Origin: Lepidodermella squamata
Lineage: Eukaryota > Animalia > Gastrotricha
Assembly (NCBI GenBank): GCA_047495785.1
Contig: JBLDXI010000025.1
Coordinates: forward strand, 806,001 to 870,000
Direction: 5' to 3'
DNA: 64,000 bases
The translations under genes and the position numbers were made by a program. This document shows positions 1 through 11,873 of the stretch, one piece after another. Every line of letters starts with the position of its first letter. Position 1 is the first letter of the stretch. The notes below the pieces were generated by a model, which ran no database searches, was not told the DNA's origin, and saw nothing but the letters and a program-made list of their open reading frames with translations.

Positions 1-349
1 CGTCAATGAACGGTCCAGGCCGTAAAATAACGTTCAAACCAAGCTTTTGAGCAGTGTTGAAATAAACTTCGACATTCGCAATGTCTCTGAAATTCAGCTG
101 ATCCCGCAGGGGTTGATGAAGGTTCCACATGATGTAAGTCTCGATGGTGTTAAGGCCCATAGCTCGCGCTCGAGTTAGCCGGTCCTCCCAGTATTGAGGC
201 GGGACGCGGAAGTAATGCAGAGTTCCTGATATGTATCGAAATGGCTGGCCGTCTTTCAGAAAGCGATCGTTGGCGTAATCGATAACAAAAGACCGATCAG
301 CTAGGAAGCCGCTGATCGATGCAAGTGTAATCAGCAATAGTTTAAGCAT
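1..349 (-). CDS. GH35 beta-galactosidase paralog, 5' part (runs off the window start)
   Basis: Not in the ORF track. Manual translation from ATG 349 gives MLKLLLITLASISGFLADRSFVIDYANDRFLKDGQPFRYISGTLHYFRVPPQYWEDRLTRARAMGLNTIETYIMWNLHQP...VILRPGPFID, closely matching the 8836-10731 protein. Confidence 0.9.
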   Translation of the reverse strand, partial: MLKLLLITLASISGFLADRSFVIDYANDRFLKDGQPFRYISGTLHYFRVPPQYWEDRLTRARAMGLNTIETYIMWNLHQPLRDQLNFRDIANVEVYFNTAQKLGLNVILRPGPFID

Positions 350-619
350 TTCTATAAGAAATTCGAAAAATTAGGAACAATGAACGAAACTTGTTAACCC
401 TTAAACTGCGCAAGTAGGCCGTGACGGCCCTTATCATCTTTAAGCGAAATTTGTTTGATGTTCCCCCAGTGTTGCGAGACTGGTCTTTCTCGAATTTTCC
501 TAACATTTTGTTAACAAATTAGACAATTATTGTTAAGCAATCGAACGCTCTTTTGAACGGCACCGTTGTGTCCTACCGTATCAGGCGAACCGGAGTAACG
601 GATGGATCGGATTCTCGGA

Positions 620-1125
620 CATTATAGGGCGACTTTGCAGTCACGTGAATAAGGTCAAAGTCCGTCTATTTTTTTCTGGTCTTGGTCGCGCGGTCGCGCA
701 GTCGTTGTGGTCGGGCGGTCGTGTAAAAAAATGCTCACTTAAAAATGAGAGAAAAAAAACGATGCACCACCAGGAGTCGAACTAAGGATGTTGGAATAAA
801 AAGCCATGTTTTTGATCCACTACGCCACCAATTCATGGCAATTAAGAGTTTCTATCAGTGGATCCGATTAGCAACAATATGGGTGTAAATATTTTCCCGG
901 CCGATTTCTTCAACTGGTGGCGTAGTGGATCAAAAACATGGCTTTTTATTCCAACATCCTTAGTTCGACTCCTGGTGGTGCATCGTTTTTTTTCTCTCAT
1001 TTTTAAGTGAGCATTTTTTTACACGACCGCCCGACCACAACGACTGCGCGACCGCGCGACCAAGACCAGAAAAAAATAGACGGACTTTGACCTTATTCAC
1101 GTGACTGCAAAGTCGCCCTATAATG
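620..1125. mobile_element. Palindromic MITE/foldback-like element with 211-bp inverted arms
   Basis: Arms 620-830 and 915-1125 are reverse complements with an 84-bp spacer. Ends read TATA|GGGCG...CGCCC|TATA, consistent with a TA/TATA target site. Confidence 0.85.
916..982 (+). pseudogene. tRNA-derived sequence (tRNA-Arg-like) in the right arm; mirror copy at 763-829 on the minus strand
   Basis: A-box-like TGGCGTAGTGG and B-box GTTCGACTCC at tRNA spacing, followed by a T-run. Stems are broken and there is an internal T5. Confidence 0.55.
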
Positions 1126-2846
1126 GATAACTGGGATTCCTACAGTCTGGGAAGTGAAATGCTGTATCAGCGGTCAGAATACCAATAATTACTGAATGCT
1201 GTTCCACTTTGGAGTTTCTCGGGTTTTTTGAGATAAGACTGAGCATTTCCTTGCATAGGAATAGTGGAGAATCCTTACGTTTGGACAAGATTAGGGAAGA
1301 ATGCAAATGCACAAACACAGAAAATAGTGTGAGTAAGCTTAAATTTATGGTTCGTGATCGACCCAATGAGCAAAATAAGTGGTTCTATTAGCAGAGAGAG
1401 GAAAGAGTATAATAGGCTTTTCATATAATTTCAGTGCACCATAGGCGAGGGATAGCTATCGAGTCCGGATACTTAGTCAACTGTTATCTGTGTTATTTGC
1501 TGCCTGTGAGGTCAAGCTCCGGGGCTCAGACTGGCACCATGAGCTGCTGATAAAACACAGCCATTTAGCCTTGTGCCTTGTTGATAAAGCATGCGAGCAT
1601 CATAACTCGGCAGCAATAAGTGCAGAGTAGAAGGGGGTGTAAGTTTAAGGTGTAAACAAAAAGTGTCAGCGCAGACAGGATGTGGTTCAAGAAAAAAAAC
1701 CGAAATTAGGTTGAAAACGCTCAAAAAGAAGACACAAAAATGGTCTTCGCAGGTATTTCATTGGGCGCATGTCAATCTTGCCAACGAAAGATTGAGCATT
1801 TTGTTGAAAACTCGCATGTCAAAACTGCTCAATTCTCACTGATAGCTAAGTATGTGGTTTGAAAATGATGTGGTGAGAGTGGCTAGCAGCCATAGCAACA
1901 TCTGTTTCAGAAATTGCTTTGCTTGATCTAGCGGCACGTGCACGTAATTGCGTCGATTGACTGACTACTCTAAAGAGCTGTTTTTTAGTGCGAGTAAATA
2001 ACACATAGAGCAGAGCAAACCGGCACACCTGCACAGCTCAAAGTAAAAACAAAAGAATTGCGAAAAATGCGGAAATTCCAAAACCACTCATTAAAAGCAA
2101 GGTATGTATATGGCCTAAAAAAGCATGCCAAATAGGCTAGACCTAGGTCGCGTCATAAGTGGTTGATCTGTGAAAATTCTGAAGAAGCAGTTTTTTCTAA
2201 CAAATTCAGATTTTGAATTTTTTGAATTTTTTTTTAATTCTTGAAAATCATGCTAGTTCGCACAAGTCATGTCAAGTCAACTGTATCAATTATATTCGAA
2301 TTCGCCAAATTTCCGAATTTAAAAAAAATTCGGATTTCAGCCGATTTTAGTTGAAATCAACAAGAGGATTTATGAATTCAAAGCTGGGAATCCTCTTGTT
2401 TTTTATTTCCGACACAAGATTGATCCGTAAATCCGAAAATTAGACGCCCTATTCTCGTTTGATTTGGGGCCCGCTCTCAGTACGTACAAACATGTCATCC
2501 ATTGCGAGCTATTCGGAATTCAGAATAAATAAAAACTGCGCCCATTTCGACTAATTATGGTATTTCTTGATTTAGAATTAGCATAACTAATAAGTTAGGG
2601 CATTTTCTTGAGACTATCACCTGATGTGAAATGCCAAGATTTGTATAGCGGCAATCCTATATTCAGCGATCTTTTGGATATCTAAAGAAAGTCGTTTCAC
2701 CATATCTCAATCGAAAAAGGCTGAAAAATGAGACTTTTCAACGAGTTAATTTTTATTCAAATCACATCAGCGAAGAATTTCACACGCATTTCAATCACCG
2801 AATGCTGCATCACGGCTGTTTTATTATTCAAATTCTCGAATTTTGT

Positions 2847-3636
2847 TTAGACCGTATTCTCGTCTTCGTCTTCCTCATCTTCCACATCTTCTTCTTCTTC
2901 TTCCTCTTCGAAATCGCCCTTGCCAGCGTAGAAACTCAGATATTTAGCCAATCGATAGCGCGGCGGGTGATTTTGCGGGTGATCGAGAGGCAGGCCGTAG
3001 AAGGCTAGCAATTCGTTGACTTTTTCCGGCGACATGGCGTTGAACGTCAATAGCTCAGCTGTCCTGACCGGCGGCTCGTCGAGGTCGTCATTCGGCGGGA
3101 AAAACACAGCTTCACCACAAGCAGCCATCGTATGTTGGATACACTGGACTCTTTCCCTGATGAAAATGGTAGAATTCGAAATTTATCAATTCTAATGAAT
3201 TTGTTTCAAACAGAATTACCATGCTAATTGCTCACTTGTAAATTAAAGAAAAATTCGAGCAAGAAAATTATAGTTTTGCTTTCAAACTTTGAAAAATAGC
3301 AGCGAATTATTGATCTTCAGAAAATCAGAAATATTAAATAAAGGTTTGTCATTTTCTCTAAAAAACATATCTAAAGTGCTAATGATTTTACAAATTCAAT
3401 TTCGCCCTTTGTATGTTGAGCTTTTCAATGTTTAAGTTTTTTTAAATTTTTTCGATGCCCCTAGAAAATAGGTAAATGCTTTGAAAAAATTATGTAATTT
3501 ACGATTTAGCGAGGCAGCGTGTGATGTTGCCGAGGCGTTTTTCCATAGCCGCCAGACGTTGTTCAACGCGTTGTTCGAAACTCATCAGCTTCGATTCAGC
3601 CGCATTGATCTTGTTCTCATCGTTAATCTGCTCCAT
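2847..3636 (-). CDS. 147-aa protein: coiled-coil N-terminus, DUF1773/Mug135-C-like domain, acidic tail (exons 3636-3503 and 3156-2847)
   Basis: A GT-AG phase-2 intron joins MEQINDENK...LAK to ERVQ...FFPPNDDLDEPP...KVNELLAFYGLP...RYRLAKYL...EEEEEEEDVEDEEDEDENTV in frame. The domain call is from motif resemblance only. Confidence 0.6.
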
Positions 3637-5429
3637 ATTGGCGGATGAATTCGACACAAAAACAAGCAAAGAAAAATGTTTCTAAATTTGATATAGATTT
3701 CCTTGAAAACAATCGGGAAATTTCAGAGTGAAAATTATAAATAAAATAAAAATTTATTCCACGAATTCAATTTGGTCCTATAAAAATTGAAAAAATTCAG
3801 TAAATAAATTCGAATTTCTGAAAATTAGAAAATGCATAAATCAGAAACTGGCCTTGATATTTATTGTTGCTTTCTCGTTTGACTCACATGAATTAAAGGC
3901 AATAAAAAGCGAGTGTGAGGTTCGATGACCGTTTGTAAAATGCGTAGAGGCTAATAAAAGCCGCAATAGAGATTTTGAACACACGCGACAGCGAAAGAAA
4001 ACTGGCACGAAAAGCCAGCCAAGTAAAAATATTTCCTGCAAAAATCCACAATTTGCTTTATATTGTGCGTTTTCAGGACTACTGTTAAGGCGGACATTTT
4101 AGTTGTGGATTGCGTTGAGTTTGGAAAAATTTCGATTTTTCACTCGTGTAATATAAATTTCAACTTGGCTAATTCAAGCGCGAAATTCGCCTTGGGCCAA
4201 ATCAATCACTACGTCCGGACGAGGGTGCAATTTGACCCCAAAATTCTTTATCTATCTTTCGAAAATAAAAATAAATAAATAAAGTGATAATAATTCCACA
4301 CAAATTTGTGGATCATTTCTTTTGCCGATAATTTAAAGTTACTCTGGAAAACAAGTTGTTTGTGACGCAAATTTGCCATCACCTCTTTAGGAGTAACATT
4401 TCTGAAAGTGATAGATTCTCGCCAAAAGGTAATCAACGAATATAGAAAAAATAGTTTGTAATAACGTGGAATAAGCGGATTCAACGATCACAACCCTCAG
4501 CGAACGTCCAACCAGCAACCAGCTTGAAATATTAGGATGAATAAAATAACGGTTCTACGACAACTCAGCTCAGCCAAATTTCATTAATTTCATAAAAATG
4601 GGCAATAAATTGCGTAATATCAATCAAGAGGGCGCCTGGGAAGGATCAGAACCAGCGGACTGGGTACAACAACGATGCAAGTTACAGGCGTTGAAAACGG
4701 TGCGGTCCACGAAGCCGTGGGCTAAGGAAGCCGTGGTTCTGGAAGACCGAGGCCGAGGTCGACCAAGTATTCTTATTCTGTCAACGTTTTTCGGTCTTGT
4801 GGGTCTCTCACAGTGGAAATATCTTCAGGGTAATTTGAGGCGGAGTTGTCGACGGGTCGGTTCCGGACCGTATGGACCCGACATTGAGCACGTGTAAGCA
4901 AGGCGCAGCTCGAAACTCACATTACTGTAAAAATTTAGTACCTTAAGTGTCACTTATCGGCGGGAAACTTGAAGAAAAACCATTTTCCGAAAATAACTGA
5001 TCCGACCATAAAACCCCAGAAAAAGCGCCTGGTTTTGAGCCCGGATCATTTCGGGTCCAGATTTGGGATTCCGAAGTCCGGTTCGGATCGGGTCCAAAGT
5101 TTCAGACCCGAGAACAACTCTGAGGCGAGGAATCTCGCTTTTCATTCAAAACTGTTTCTGACAAATTATGGGACTGACGAATCTCATCGAATGAGATGCT
5201 AAGCGGTTGTGGAAGCAAGCTTTTCAGGGCTTCTGCTGGAATTTTACGTAAAATCTTCGTCAAACGATTATGAGACATGCTTATACTTAATTACTTATAA
5301 GCAATTTATTTGCGAAAATTTCACACTCAGCATATATCAATCAACTAGCAATCAAGCGATAGTAAGGTTAAGATTTGCTTAACGATTCTGCCAAACGATT
5401 CCGCTCACGTAGTTTGCATCGGCCTCACA

Positions 5430-5729
5430 TCAGTTCTTGACGTAGTGCTGTTCCCCATTGTAGATGCTGAAATATCCAGCGCAAGAAGTCCACAGGCGAC
5501 ACTCCTGGATGAGATTGTAGTAAGTGAAGGCGCGGCAAGTTTTATCGGCGGTGCACTTCGCGGCACAAGACTTGCCATCCGGAAGGTCATACGGACCACC
5601 AATTTGGTTTGTAGGCCAAGCGCAACTCTTTGCAGGAACCTTGTAGCCAGCAATATTCGGAGTCTGGGCAGCAATTGCTGAAATGACCACCGCGATAACT
5701 GCCAATGCCGGGAGCAAGGATCCAGCCAT
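5430..5729 (-). CDS. PAN1: secreted single PAN/apple-domain protein, 99 aa, intronless
   Basis: Signal peptide MAGSLLPALAVIAVVISAIAA; six Cys with the CAAKC...CRAFTY...CRL...C PAN pattern. Confidence 0.85.
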   Translation of the reverse strand: MAGSLLPALAVIAVVISAIAAQTPNIAGYKVPAKSCAWPTNQIGGPYDLPDGKSCAAKCTADKTCRAFTYYNLIQECRLWTSCAGYFSIYNGEQHYVKN

Positions 5730-7030
5730 GTCGAAAGTGAGCAAATTACTACTTGATATTTGATGAGGAGAACAAAATGCAATTGACAATTTCAGCGAAC
5801 GCCGGGGGTATTTATTGAGTCATACCCGGTCTTAGGGACAATTACATCCTGATGACGCAGCATTTTGCTGCTAAAAATATATATTAACGCGTGGGTGATC
5901 GATTATATTTTGTTGGTACTTTCAGCAGGTGGTGAGTTATTTTCAGCTTTTTGGCAAACAATTTCCATCGTCAAGCGAACTATGCACTGCGTCAGTTTCT
6001 TTGAACTATTTTAAGGTATTATTATTCATTCAGAGGGCGAAGTACCGCTAGGGATCATCCCTACTTACCAGTTCAATAATCTCACAATCTCACAAGGTAC
6101 AAACACTAGCAAATAATGTGAAATGGTATCAGCCAATGTGGCAATAGGAATAATCAACAGCAGGATGAGTCTTAACATGGTAACATTTTGGCGCGCTCCT
6201 TCGCGTTTCTCAAATATCACGTTAGAGCTTGAAGTTTAATAAGAGTTAAATCACGAAATTTTTCAACGCACCAAGCCACTAACTGCCTTGGACTTCCTAC
6301 GACTGTTGGCGACACCGTTTTTCATGCTTCTGAGGCCGCGACATCGAATTTCTCGAAACTACAAAACACCGTCACAACATGGAACAACTTACCATTAAAC
6401 TGCTTTCCTCCAAAATTCGACATTTCCTACTTCAAACAGCAGATGAACGCTCTAGTTCTATGTCATCAAATATTAAGAATCGTGATGTTGTCGAATATTC
6501 TTAAATTCTTAGCAAATAAAAAAAGTATTTTCATTATTATAATTATTTTTTTATAATGTATGGCTTGGAACCTCGCTTTCCATTCAAAAAGAGTTTCAAA
6601 CGAAATATGGGACTGGTGAATCTTATCGAATGAGATGCCAAGCGGCAATGGAAGCCAACATTTCGTCCCCGCCCCTCCATTATCCCTGAAAGTTTCGAGT
6701 TGCAGTGCGAATTGGTACCCGGGCTCAGCCATATATGCTCGATACATCTCTGGGATCGGCTTGACGGGTCTCTGATCAGCAATCAGCTGGTGCTGAATGT
6801 GCAGGATCATCTTCCGTACTTTAATTTCCGTACACGCAAGCAATGTGCTCTTGCTCACTGAGAAAGTGAATAAATTATTAAGCAAGGTCAAAAAACTGTC
6901 TCAGTGCATGGCTCGATGATGAAAATTGCTTGACAAACAGTCGAAAATAACGCATCACCTGCTGCAAAAGCCAACAATATTTTTAGATGCGGTACACCCA
7001 CGAATTTCTTTGTATTTTTAGCAGCAAAAT

Positions 7031-7085
7031 GCTGCGTCATCAAGCTGTTATTGTCCCGCAGACCTAGTTTGACTCAATAAATACC
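7031..7085 (+). promoter_or_regulatory. Conserved PAN-family promoter module: TGCGTCAT plus GACTCAATAAATACC
   Basis: The same 15-mer occurs at 5807-5821(-), 7071-7085, 12987-13001(-), 31062-31076, 41871-41885, 49652-49666 (one mismatch) and 55228-55242, 70-85 bp upstream of each ATG. Confidence 0.7.
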
Positions 7086-7169
7086 AGCGATATTCGCTGA
7101 AATTGTCATTCGCTTTTTTGTTCTTTTTCTTCTTTCTTAGAATCTCGATTCAACATTCAGACATTCAAA

Positions 7170-7469
7170 ATGGCTGGATCCTTGCTCCCGGCATTGGCAG
7201 TTATCGCGGTGGTCATTTCAGCAATTGCTGCCCAGACTCCGAATATTGCTGGCTACAAGGTTCCTGCAAAGAGTTGCGCTTGGCCTACAAACCAAATTGG
7301 TGGTCCGTATGACCTTCCGGATGGCAAGTCTTGTGCCGCGAAGTGCACCGCCGATAAAACATGCCGCGCTTTCACTTACTACAATCTCATCCAGGAGTGT
7401 CGCCTGTGGACGTCCTGTGCTGGATATTTCAGCATCTACAATGGAGAACAGCACTACGTCAAGAACTGA
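7170..7469 (+). CDS. PAN2: secreted PAN/apple protein, identical in protein sequence to PAN1, intronless
   Basis: 99-aa ORF in the track with the same signal peptide and Cys pattern. Confidence 0.85.
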   Translation: MAGSLLPALAVIAVVISAIAAQTPNIAGYKVPAKSCAWPTNQIGGPYDLPDGKSCAAKCTADKTCRAFTYYNLIQECRLWTSCAGYFSIYNGEQHYVKN

Positions 7470-8835
7470 TGTGAGGCCGATGCAACCAACAATCCAGATG
7501 CAAACTAAGTGAGCGGAATCGTTATTCGGCAGAAGAAAATCTTAACCTTACTATCGCTTGATTGCTAGTTGATTGATAGATACTCAGTGTGAAATTTTCG
7601 CAAATAAATTGCTTATAAGTAATTAAGTATGTCCCAGAATTTATATTCAATTTTATTTTCACCTGGTGCACTTATTGACGAATTCGATGATTCGACGTTA
7701 AATATCAGTTGAAGCCTTGAAAAGCTGGCTTCAACTGGCAATTCGGATGCGAACCAAGTACGCAGAATCATCTGGCCAAACCAAAAGTCACTGATTTTAC
7801 TATCGCTTGGTTGCTGGGTTATTGATAGCAGGAGCGTAAAGTAATTGTTAATAAATCGCTTAGAAATAAGATCACTGCCTTCCAATTTCCACTGCTGATA
7901 TAAAATTACGTCCGTCAAATTGAAAACGAATCACATGCACTGATTTTACTTACCTATCACATTTCAGCAGAAGCGTTGGCTGCTATTTCCAAGTTCAGAC
8001 TGAACATCCAGCGCCAGCTAATCAGAAAGCTAATAATCAGAAACCAAGCTTTAGCTCATCTCGAACACAGCAGAACTCGGGTTCCAAAAATTACCGACCA
8101 CCTGCGTAACCCTAATTGTTCTGTTTTTGAACATTTGGATTACCTAAATTAGAGACGTAAAATGTAAAAAAGGATTTGGGAGGACATCATTCATGTCAAA
8201 GTCGTTCGCTTCTGATGCAAATGAATAGCGGATTATATTGCCTGATGATGTCCAAATCCCAGGGGCGTATGTTGGAAGTGTGCTTAGGTTGGATCAAGGT
8301 TATTGTCAGAGAAAATAATGATTTCAAATAATCTAGCGGTTATTAACATTAGAATGAAGCTAAGTTACTTACACCTCAAATATCGCGGTGAATGTTTCGA
8401 GCTGACCTGTGAAAACCTGTGAATAAACGCCATGTGTGAACGCATTAATTAAGCCACTGATTGCCTTGGATTTCCTACGACTTCCGGCTACAAGACAGCT
8501 TTTCAAGTTTTCGAGTACTCCACTACCTGCACCCCCGTTTTGTGTCACCGCTCATCACCGCCAGCATCATAGTCTTCATTTCCTCCCATCATCGCTACAG
8601 CGTGACCGGTACGAACATGTTTTGTTGTCGAGCTCTCAAAGAGAATTCGAGAATTTCATGAGAAAAAGTAAAAATGTGATATATCTGACGCAAAATCAAA
8701 ATTTATACTGTCAAGCTTTCTAAATTATAGCGCTCAGTTCGGCGCACCTTTCTTTTTCAGAATTAGGCTACATTAGGCAAGAATTAGGCAAGAACTTTTT
8801 ATTCAGGTTAAAACAAAACGTTCGCAATCAATGAA

Positions 8836-10731
8836 CTAGCCAATGTTTGGCTTATCGAGTAAACTGACGTAGCAAGCGTGGCCATCGGACGAGCAATTTC
8901 CAGGTTCTTCCAATTCGAAAACAAAAATTAAAGATTGCTCGGCTAAATACGGCGCTGGAACGTAGAGCGTAACTTGAGGGCCCATTTCTGGCCAGTACCT
9001 TCCAAGATTGTAGCCGTTGATTAGCAGATGGCCCTTGCCCCAGCCTGATGGATCGAAGAACGTATCGGCCAACTGCGAGCCAAAATGAGCATTGGCAGCG
9101 TAGAAACTCGGCACGGAAAAGCTGTTGAAATTCTTGGCTTTCTTCACAAATTTGTCAAGCATTTTCGGATGTTCCGAAAAGTAGCTATGGACATTGTTCA
9201 TATTCAACGGATACATAGTCCAGTTGCCAAGAATTTGCCCGTCCAGAGTGATATTGCCGACAATGCCCTTGCGATCGGCAAGAGAATCGCCGTCTTTAAT
9301 CCGACCTTGGTTTTCAACCAGAATTTGAAGCTTCGAACCGGCAGGTAATTGCAGCCTCAATGTTCCAGCAATAGGGCGTTGAACAACTGTAAGAAGTTTC
9401 TCATCAGAAAATATGTAACCGCGATCGTGAACAGAAGTGGCATCCAAGACTACTCCTGTTTTAACGAGAGTTGTTTCGTAAAGTACGAATCCATAAGGCT
9501 GGTCGATGTTTTCAGCAGTTACGGGATAATCGGAAGTCACAACTCTCGTTTGTTGGCATAAGATACTCAAAAGTTGAAAAACATTGCCGATGAAGTTAAG
9601 CTCAACTTGTCCATATCCAATTTTCGGGTTGTTTTTCGGAACGGGGTATGGATTCGGCTCACCAGCGAACCGTTCGAAAAGTTGGCGCAGAGCCAAATAT
9701 TTTGGGGTAACATCCCCAGCCTCAGAAATCGGCGCGTCGTAATCGTAGCTTGTAACGATCGATCCAAAGCTCCTACCATCACTCTGAGAGCCGGCTTCAT
9801 ACCCGAAATTCGTGCCTCCGTGTACTGGGTAAAAATTGAATGAAGCGTTTTGGTTCAAGATATCGGTAACAGTCGACACAACCGCATCTACCGGGGTGGT
9901 TTTATGTTTCGAATCACCCCACAGATCGAACCAACCAGGGTAGAATTCAGAATTCACCAAAGGGCCGTGAGGGGCGTACTTTCTTTGAATTTTAAAAGCG
10001 TTGATAGTGTCATTAAGTGATTGAGGTCCAAAATCGATTGTTGGATAAACTCCAGGCACAGATCCGCAATTAACAGCGTAATCAACGTCTCCGTCAGTAG
10101 TAAAATAAATGACATCATCTTCGCCAAGTAATTTCTTCGTCAAGTTCCTTAGATAAAGCATGTAATCTCGGTCGCAGTGGCCCGCATTCCAACCGTATTC
10201 GTTTTCAATTTGAACCATGATTATCGGCCCGCCGTTTTTGTACAGATATTGCTTGACTTTAGGCATTAAAACTTCGAACCATCGAGTTACCGCGGAGAGA
10301 TAACGAGGGTCTGTTGTCCGAAGTTGGATGTCAGGCGTTTTCAGCAACCAAGCAGGTAATCCGCCCATGTCCTGTTCCGCATCGATTGATGGCCCAGCTC
10401 GAAGGATTACCAGGAGACCTAACTTGTTCGCTACCTCAAAATAGCGCTCAATGTCGCCTCGATCGACAAAGTTGTACTGATTTTCAATTGGTTCGTGCAG
10501 GTTCCATTTGACGTAGGTTTGGACAGCGCTGAGACCCATAGCTCGAGCTCGGCTCAAACGGTCTTCCCAGTACTCAGCAGGCACTCTAAAGTAGTGAATC
10601 GAGCCTGAAATGTAGCGGTAGGGCTGTCCATCCTTGAGGAATCGATCATTGGCGTAATCTATGACGAACGAACGATCAGCTGCCACAATTATTACGGCTT
10701 GGAGGAACAAAATCAAAACTATTTTCAACAT
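8836..10731 (-). CDS. Secreted GH35 beta-galactosidase (GLB1-like), intronless
   Basis: Signal peptide; YISGSIHYFRVP, NGGPIIMVQIENEYG (acid/base), SEFYPGW (nucleophile), HGGTNFG, TSYDYDAP, NLGRYW and GPQVTLYVP motifs. Confidence 0.95.
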   Translation of the reverse strand: MLKIVLILFLQAVIIVAADRSFVIDYANDRFLKDGQPYRYISGSIHYFRVPAEYWEDRLSRARAMGLSAVQTYVKWNLHEPIENQYNFVDRGDIERYFEVANKLGLLVILRAGPSIDAEQDMGGLPAWLLKTPDIQLRTTDPRYLSAVTRWFEVLMPKVKQYLYKNGGPIIMVQIENEYGWNAGHCDRDYMLYLRNLTKKLLGEDDVIYFTTDGDVDYAVNCGSVPGVYPTIDFGPQSLNDTINAFKIQRKYAPHGPLVNSEFYPGWFDLWGDSKHKTTPVDAVVSTVTDILNQNASFNFYPVHGGTNFGYEAGSQSDGRSFGSIVTSYDYDAPISEAGDVTPKYLALRQLFERFAGEPNPYPVPKNNPKIGYGQVELNFIGNVFQLLSILCQQTRVVTSDYPVTAENIDQPYGFVLYETTLVKTGVVLDATSVHDRGYIFSDEKLLTVVQRPIAGTLRLQLPAGSKLQILVENQGRIKDGDSLADRKGIVGNITLDGQILGNWTMYPLNMNNVHSYFSEHPKMLDKFVKKAKNFNSFSVPSFYAANAHFGSQLADTFFDPSGWGKGHLLINGYNLGRYWPEMGPQVTLYVPAPYLAEQSLIFVFELEEPGNCSSDGHACYVSLLDKPNIG

Positions 10732-11655
10732 CAATTCGAACCTATAATTGCACAGAATATTTGGAACATACTGCTGAAATAATAGGTTTCCTCCAATGAA
10801 TACGATGGGCCGATAATTAGTAGGCGAGCCTATTTATCCAAGATTTAAAAATAGGGAAATCCTAAATTTGCGAAATTTGCTGCTACTGATTCTTGTTTTG
10901 ATTACGTTACGAATCTCGTGTAGCGTCTTTTGTAAAGTGCAAATAACGTGGCAAACGACGAGTAGACATGCTGCGGCACGAATATTACGCCGCTTCAATA
11001 GAAATTATTCAGTCAACATAAGTCTATTACAATGGCATTGCTCAGAACATTTGTGAGCAGTGAGCATCGTTAAAATAACTAAATACTTTGATGTGGCTAA
11101 TACATTGCGGGAATGGTAAATCTATGATCAATCTGATAGAGCTGAAGACCAGGTAAGATAAACCGTAATGTCGTCCGACTTAGACGCGATCCAGAGACAA
11201 TGATGCTACAGATCAGTCACTCACACACTTCGCATTGAAACTTGAAACACTAATTAGGAACTTTGAACCATTTTAAAATACCATTTTAAAATCCGGCCGA
11301 AGAGTTGTTGTTCTCCGAAATTCTTGAAACAAATGCCGGGGAATTGGGCATTTTTTTTACAATAATCAACCAATCTCCGTAGTGCGGTTCCATCTCGTTC
11401 CCTAGCAAAAATTTGGGCTGGTTTTACCCAAGCTATATTTGTATGGTATGACATGAGTAAAACGTTTCTATCTGTACGGAGCCGCCCGAGATTTACGAGT
11501 CGGAAGTCGGAACGAGCCGGAGGCTAGTTGCGATGAGTAAATCGAGTGCGGCGAGTTCAGATATGAACGATTTACGAATGTTATACCGTAAAATATTGCA
11601 TGAGCATGGGTACTAACACTATATTTTTTGAGCGAATGCTATATTTACAAATCAC

Positions 11656-11873
11656 AACACTTGAAATATCTGTAATATTTATTGCGGCATCTAAGTTTTA
11701 AGTTACGAGAATATAATGATACCACCGTTGAATTAGCTGCGAAATTGAAAGAAGAGGGGCTGCAAAAGTTGAGCGAGACTTTTGAAATTGTCAAGGCACA
11801 AATCCTGAAATCCAGCGAAGATTTGATAGCTGCTTTAACCGCCGTTGTTGTTGAACATCGTGAGAACATGCTT
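11656..11873 (+). pseudogene. Isolated inverted fragment of an RBCC-ANK coiled-coil exon
   Basis: LREYNDTTVELAAKLKEEGLQKLSETFEIVKAQILKSSEDLIAALTAVVVEHRENML is nearly identical to the gene E exon (~35925-36085), including upstream intron sequence. Confidence 0.85.

Larger units (their letters stand above)
5283..7630. repeat. Inverted (head-to-head) duplication carrying PAN1 and PAN2
   Basis: About 5283-5960 is the reverse complement of about 6950-7630. The CDS and 3' flank are nearly identical; the promoter region is more diverged. Confidence 0.9.

Noticed and set aside
763-982. Functional tRNA genes
   Set aside because: The acceptor and T stems do not pair and there is an internal T5 run; kept only as tRNA-derived sequence.
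977-986. TGGTGCATCG matches the first 10 nt of the retrotransposon PBS
   Set aside because: Short match with no adjacent LTR; likely chance.
5135-6660. ~90-bp imperfect direct repeat at ~5135-5220 and ~6572-6657
   Set aside because: Probably fragments of a dispersed repeat; no termini could be defined.
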